Positions 58,104-64,000 of a stretch of DNA of 64,000 nt are shown here, piece by piece. This DNA comes from Flaccisagitta enflata (taxonomy: Eukaryota), in NCBI GenBank assembly GCA_965153355.1, contig OZ231126.1:7812001-7876000 (forward strand), written 5' to 3'. How positions within the stretch are numbered: the stretch's first letter is position 1; each line of letters opens with the position of its first letter. The notes under the pieces were generated by a model. The model did not search any database, had not been told where the DNA came from, and saw only the letters and a list, made by a program, of their open reading frames with translations. Both the position numbers and the translations under genes were made by a program.

Positions 58104-58328
58104 AAGTGACCGATTTTGTTAACACCATTACTGACACCGCGCAGATTAATTTTCATTTTTCTGAAACGGCTGAAGCAAAAGTCTTGAAATTTTCGGTCAT
58201 AATATAAAATTCGATGCTCTTTCACATCATGTTAAAAAAATTTCACCGGAAGAAGAAGAAAACTATGACAGCCACTATGATACACAGCGTAACGCGATCG
58301 TAACAGGGTGTTAACAAAATCGGTCACT
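58104..58328. mobile_element. Small MITE-like inverted repeat
   Basis: AGTGACCGATTTTGTTAACACC ... GGTGTTAACAAAATCGGTCACT. Confidence 0.65.
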
Positions 58329-58779
58329 AGTTCATTATTTCTATATCTCTGGCTAGAATTGACATGAAGGTCTGAAATTTGGCATGAAACATGGTTCATG
58401 TCTGTATTAAATGGGCGTAAAACATTTTGAATTTTTTCGGCCCTCAAAGTATGCTTAATTTCATATAGCATACTGCTATGTGTGAAAAACGTGCAAATTG
58501 TCACTTGAGATTATTTTACTATGAGTGAAATTTTTCCATAGTAAACGATGGCCGATCATTACCAAATTTTTGGTGCTTCTTTAGGGATTACAAATGTAAA
58601 AAAATGACCGAAGCAAGGGGGAGTCTGGCGATTTTTTCATGTCTTTTACACTGATGATATGAAGTGTGACGCAAGTGTGACTGAAAAAACGGGCTGTTTT
58701 GGCACTGATTTGAGCCACCTAACCTATCAAAATCTTGAGTATGAAGGATGTATGTTGGACACTTGGTCTGTGATGTTAA

Positions 58780-61651
58780 GGGAGTACGAGATTCAGGAGA
58801 AAATCACTTTTTTCAAAATATCACCCTTGCTACCAGATAAACATGTGAGTAGGGCTTAGATAAGATGTTAGAAACTTTTTTCAGCTCACTTGGTTGAAAA
58901 AAACCCCTGGGCTCGCTTAAAAAACCGAATTTTCTATGGTTTTTCGCGTTTTTGCCAGTTATTTTTGGAAGGAAAGTGTTTTAATTTAATTCTAAAGCTA
59001 CATTTCAACTTAAAAACTAGAAAGTGTGCCTGAAATAGTGAAAGGACCAGTCTAAGAATTGATTAAAAAAATATCAATTTTTCTCAAAAAATGAATCTTT
59101 TAAACACTTAAAAGTGTTATTTTGCTTAAAATTCCTTCTGTGACTCTGTCTGCCTCTTTCACTCTTTTCTGTCCTCTTACTCTTTCTCCCCTCTCACCTT
59201 TCTCTCCTCCGACTGTGAGGAATTTAGTGAGTTTGAAGAACAAAATGGACGCAGAAATGATGCAATGCTGATGAAAGAGGGTCGTTTTGGTCGCCAATGC
59301 AAAGCATCCCTCAAAGTCCTTGAAATGAAGGATAGTCTTATGGCATATCTGGACCTTGACACAAAATGTCAAAATGAAGTGGCTAAACTCATTCGTTCCC
59401 TGCTTCCTTCCCCTGTAGTTCATTATGAATGGACTGTAGAGGTTCTAGTTGGCTATCATTTGATGGAGCCACTTCTTGGCATTCTGTTGGATCAGCAACC
59501 TAGACCAACTCATTTGGCTCTTTGAAGTATCCTTCAAAATTTGTACAAACAAATGATGGAACCAATCCCAGGTTTGAAATTCAGCTCAGTTGAGAGGCAT
59601 GCTCTTCCAGCTCTTGAGGATGGATTTAGAAGAAAGTACAAACAAGAATGGATGGAGTCTTTTTGCAAGCATCTTGAGCAGTACAATGTCAATAAACTGG
59701 AAAGTGCAATGCAATGCAATGCAAGTCTTGATGAAACAGCTTGCTGCAACTCTGTCAAGGCAACGAGGAATTCAGTATGAATTTGGTCCAGAATATCTGG
59801 AATACTCAGCAAAGATAGCAGCAGGAACATCGGGAGAGACACACTTAAAGCCTCTGTCAAAAATCTTCACTGAAGAACAGCTTTAGACCATCCCTGTGGA
59901 CAACAAAGTTGAAGAAAATTATTTTGGACATCTTTCTCAACAGCTAAGAAGCAAGGGAGGCTCTGCTTTCCAAGCTATCAGTGACAGACTTGTACTAAAA
60001 ACAAGTTCAGATCTTGCCTTTTGTAATGAGGGAGCCAACATGTTGAAGGACAAGGAGCTCAAGGCCAAACAGAAAAAAGTTCATCAAATTGAAGCAGATT
60101 TTTCAAAGTCTCAGAAAGAGATCATGAAAGCAAAGTTGGCCTTGACAGACAGTGAAGCAGACAAGCTGGCAAGAGATATGGCCAAAAATAAACTGATTTC
60201 TTTATGTGTGCAAAATTGAACAAAACACAAGTATATTGCACCGCTCTCATCTCAAGCTGAGGTTAAAAAGTGCTATGACAGGATCAAAAAGCTGAGTGAG
60301 GCTGATCAGTTGGCTATTCTGCGCCGAGAAGTTAAGTTGAAAAAGGCTTTGTTTTCAGAAATGCCAAATGATTTTGTCTATTTCAAGCAGTACAATATCA
60401 CAGCCAAACAGATGTATGAAAATCTGCTTGCTTTGCACACAGTTGACCCATCTGACCAAGAGGTCATTATTGTTCGAAGATGTTTATGTGGCTTCTGAGT
60501 CAGTAGGTACTCAGTCTGCCAATAAGCAAGCCAAGAGGTCTAGGGTACCTGTGGAGGAGCCTCTGAGAGACTTTAATTGGCCATTACAGGAAGAAGAATT
60601 TGTTGTCACATTGCAAGAAGATGGCTGGAACCTTGGTTCTGTGCAGCCTTACAATCAGCAACAAGATAGCATTTGTGTGCAAGCTCTCACTACTCTGAAA
60701 ACAAGAGCAAAGGATGATCAAGGAAAAACAGGCCTTCAGTCACCTTGGCTAAAAATGTAAAAGGAAAAGATTTGGTCTTTGCCCTTCTCAACCGTGAGAT
60801 CATTGAGGCCATGGAGACAACTGATTGGCTCAGATGGGGCAGAATAATGGTTAAAAGTGTAATCTACACACACAGAACTCTTTGAGAGAGCTTATGAGTT
60901 TCAAAATCATTGTGGGAGAACAGTCATTTGTAGTCATGTTGCATTAGAAAAAAACTGGCACATGAAATGGTCTTTCTATTTATGTCCCTCCTGTCTCCCA
61001 CACTCTGCTCTCTGATCTTCCCCATGATTTCTTTCATATAGCATTTCCACATACGTGCAATTTTTTGACAATCACCCCAACTAAAACTCATACTTCCTAT
61101 TTTTGCTCATCCAAATTGTCTGCTTGATCATTGGATCTTTTATTCAAGATTCTTACTCAGTTGTGTTTAGTATCAAAGCTTTTTTTATGTACTTCGTTCT
61201 TTTATGCAATTTCAATTTCTGAATAACGGTTGATGTGATTACAGATATTTACGTGTACTGAAGAAAATATCTGGACTTTTTCTTTCATCTTTCTTCAATT
61301 GGTGAGGTTGTGATCAAATCAATTCAAGCTAGAAAAACAGAGTACTACTTGAAACGCTCAAGAATCATACCGTATTTGTATAATATTGACTAATTCTTTT
61401 CAAGAACGAAGAAGCTACTTATCATAAATGAAGAAATGGAGAGTTTTTATTTTCACTAAAAAACTAATATTTTGTCTCAAAAACGCTTTAAAAATACTGA
61501 AAATATGGTCGTTTTTGTTTTTTGAGCCTGCCCAGGGGTTTTTTTCTAGCCACAGCCCCCAAATTGGTACAAACCCATATATTTTGAGTCTACTGAGCCA
61601 AAAAAAGGGTAGCAAGCTCATTTCCATTCGGTGACCCATTCTCGTACTCCC
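58780..61651 (+). mobile_element. Degenerate DNA transposon with short TIR and TTAA/TTAG flanks; broken transposase-like ORF fragments at ~59215-60830
   Basis: TTAA|GGGAGTACGAGA ... TCTCGTACTCCC|TTAG. Collinear + strand fragments (LVGYHLMEPLL..., LSRQRGIQYEFG, PVDNKVEENYFGHL) are broken by stops and frameshifts. Superfamily not assignable by eye. Confidence 0.7.
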
Positions 61652-63715
61652 TTAGTGATGTCTAGGAACAGCTTTCATCATCGATGAAATGATTGGTGGG
61701 AAGAAACTATGCTTCATCGCCCACCATATCATGGATTTCAGCTTTGCTTGTTTATTGTGAAAGCTGCCTTTAGAAGAATAATGTTGCTCCTCGGAGGAAT
61801 CGCGATCGTAGATCGAAGAGAAAGGAGCGTCGGTAAGCGGCTTTTGGACCAAAATGAGACAAATCTTCTCACGCTTGACATCGTAGTAGATAGTGGAGAA
61901 GTCGAGATCGGGGCACGAGGGAGTCGGCAACGGCTGCCATGTGCGAGATGGTTGGGCTGAGGACGGCTTGAAAATCCACACGCGAGGACTTTTCAAATCG
62001 CATTTACCTTCGTCGTCGATGACGGTGAAAGGCGCCGAAGGTACAACGAACATTTGACCTGGTCCTCCGAAGACTTTCTCGAACGAAATGACAGAGAGGG
62101 GGCATTCGCAAGCGCCATCAGGAAATCCGTCGGTCTCGGTCTTACTAGAGGTCGAGGTCATTGACTTTTTCCGCGATTGCCCTTCTTGCGCGTAAGTATT
62201 GCCAAAAACAGCCACACACGGGGAGTAATTGAGGTAACAAGCGCCGACTCCCGAAACCTCGAAATTGGGACAACGGCAGTCCCAACAATTTACTTCCGCT
62301 ACATTTCTTTGGGGTTCTATAGTTGACTCCATTCCGCTTTCTTCCACCAATTCCTCCTCTTCGTCGTCGTTTTTCTGTGAGAAATCGTGACCCAATCGCA
62401 CAATCGGAAGATGGTAAGAGTTAACTCTCGTATAAGACGGTACCAGAAACTGCAGAAAGCGAGCATTCACTTCTGTCGTGCTCTTGGCCTTGTCGCGATA
62501 TTTTTCATGTTTAACCCAACGGTCTTCAATGAATGAATAATCGTATCGGGAATGAGTGGGAATCCTGTCCCCTTCTTGTACACCGCGGATGCAAAGAAGC
62601 TGTTCGCCCCGAACGAGGCTCAATTTGGGATCTCCGTGAAACTTTTCGTTACTTTTCTTTGACGTTGGAAAGTCCAAGTAAAAGTTTTCTCCCGTTTCCG
62701 TTTGGTGGCAGACGAACCCCACCGTTTCTCCCGTTTCTCCGACGTCCGGAATGATTAAAAAATTTTGCCTCTCGCGTAAAGCTAAAATTCTTTGCGTAGA
62801 AAACGAATCTTCGCCCCAAATGGCGTGAATCTGTTCGAGACCTACTCCATCTAATCTCAAAGAAGCAAGCAGAAGATCAAATTGACTCCTTTCATCAGCT
62901 TCCACGCGATTCGGCCGATCAAGCTGCTTCCGGAGCCAAGCGGAGGCGATTTTGAAGGTAGTAGAATCGTACCAAGGCCTATCAAATAGGGGGTCGTCAA
63001 GGAAATTAAATATGCCTTGATAGTCTAAATCGAGAACTTTCGAGAAGGTTAATTGGTCTATGGTCACTTGACGGGCAAGGTAATGGAGCTCCTCCTCGAC
63101 AGCTTCCTTGACACGCTTGTAAGCGTCGAGGGATTCAGCGATGGAATACTCGCGGCAAAGGATCCACACTTCAATCCACGTCTCGAACCTCTTTATGTAA
63201 TCGCGTACATCCCCGCTTTTTATATCCCACTGATATTTGAGAAAGGAATTTTGCAACTCCTTGATATCGTACTTGTCGGCGAAGAGCAACAAATCGAAGA
63301 AATCGTCTAGGTCGAACTTGCATTTTCCGGCGTAGATGAATTCCATGGCCACCCCAAATACAACTGAGGAATCCTCCTTCATATGAATCTCGTTTTGCTT
63401 CGCTTCCTTCCAGTTGTTAGAGAAAAGATTATCGAAGTAGCTGGAAGAACTGGCTAGAAAGGCCCGGTGGCATGAAAACTGTTGGCCGTCGTCGAACTTG
63501 AACTTGACATCAACGTATTTGCCCTCTCTCCAGAATTCGCAGAACATTTTATCTCTTTTCGTCGAGGAATCTGGCTTCCTTATCTTGTCACTCAGGTAAT
63601 CCTCGCAGTATTCGCAATCCACACGCCTGACCGTGACCCTTATTCCCGAACGCGATGTTGAAGTTGAAGGCGAAGCTTCGACGCCCTCGTTGTTAGCGCT
63701 GCCCGATCTCGACAT
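61652..63715 (-). CDS. Intronless BTB/POZ (BTB-BACK, kelch-family-like) protein, 687 aa
   Basis: BTB signature DVKFKFDDGQQFSCHRAFLASSSSYFDNLFSNNWKEAKQNEIHMKE...AMEFIYAG...LLLFADKYDIKELQ, then a helical BACK-like region and a divergent C-terminal part; single uninterrupted ORF. Confidence 0.85.
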   Translation of the reverse strand: MSRSGSANNEGVEASPSTSTSRSGIRVTVRRVDCEYCEDYLSDKIRKPDSSTKRDKMFCEFWREGKYVDVKFKFDDGQQFSCHRAFLASSSSYFDNLFSNNWKEAKQNEIHMKEDSSVVFGVAMEFIYAGKCKFDLDDFFDLLLFADKYDIKELQNSFLKYQWDIKSGDVRDYIKRFETWIEVWILCREYSIAESLDAYKRVKEAVEEELHYLARQVTIDQLTFSKVLDLDYQGIFNFLDDPLFDRPWYDSTTFKIASAWLRKQLDRPNRVEADERSQFDLLLASLRLDGVGLEQIHAIWGEDSFSTQRILALRERQNFLIIPDVGETGETVGFVCHQTETGENFYLDFPTSKKSNEKFHGDPKLSLVRGEQLLCIRGVQEGDRIPTHSRYDYSFIEDRWVKHEKYRDKAKSTTEVNARFLQFLVPSYTRVNSYHLPIVRLGHDFSQKNDDEEEELVEESGMESTIEPQRNVAEVNCWDCRCPNFEVSGVGACYLNYSPCVAVFGNTYAQEGQSRKKSMTSTSSKTETDGFPDGACECPLSVISFEKVFGGPGQMFVVPSAPFTVIDDEGKCDLKSPRVWIFKPSSAQPSRTWQPLPTPSCPDLDFSTIYYDVKREKICLILVQKPLTDAPFSSIYDRDSSEEQHYSSKGSFHNKQAKLKSMIWWAMKHSFFPPIISSMMKAVPRHH

Positions 63716-64000
63716 TTCCGATCACTTTAGCTTTACAGTTATTAGGAAAGATAGTTTTGAACAAATTTAGTACGATTTTCTCATGATTGTTGATTGTTAC
63801 TATGATTTATTGTACGCATATGCATTTCTACATTCACCTTAAATTGACTTGAAAAGGAAAGGGCGTCAACATTTTACAAGTCCAAGGCTTAGCAAAGAAA
63901 TAAACAATTACGAAGAGGAAAAAGTGAGGGAGAAAGAAAATTTTGAAGAGGTAGATAAGAAAAAGAGGAAGAAAAACAGGTCGCCCAAGGGCAATATGTG

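Overview
Repeat-rich metazoan (invertebrate-type) genomic DNA with spliced genes; no prokaryotic operons, CRISPR arrays, rRNA or tRNA are evident. The minus strand carries the 5' half of TRIM37 (6 exons, 3716 to <1) and a ~44-kb SNRK kinase gene (about 16 coding exons, 49411 to 5459, ending in a CaaX-like CCAVS). It also carries an orphan two-exon gene (53798-52837) and an intronless BTB protein gene (63715-61652). A glutaminyl cyclase gene (QPCT/QPCTL-like, probably with an N-terminal signal anchor, ~26836-37233) is nested on the plus strand inside one SNRK intron. Introns and intergenic DNA are full of TA-TSD MITEs, Helentron/HINE-like elements with central tandem arrays, a foldback-like element with a CXC-domain transposase remnant, a second degenerate DNA transposon, and micro/minisatellites. 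The most unusual signal is that splice junctions seed tandem arrays. The 3' splice site plus the first ~40-65 nt of SNRK exons 4, 5, 6 and 8 is repeated 3-6 times upstream in the intron, with divergence rising away from the real exon, and a QC 5' splice site is amplified as a 24-bp minisatellite. Exon models were built by hand from GT-AG phase matching and recalled homology; no database search was run.
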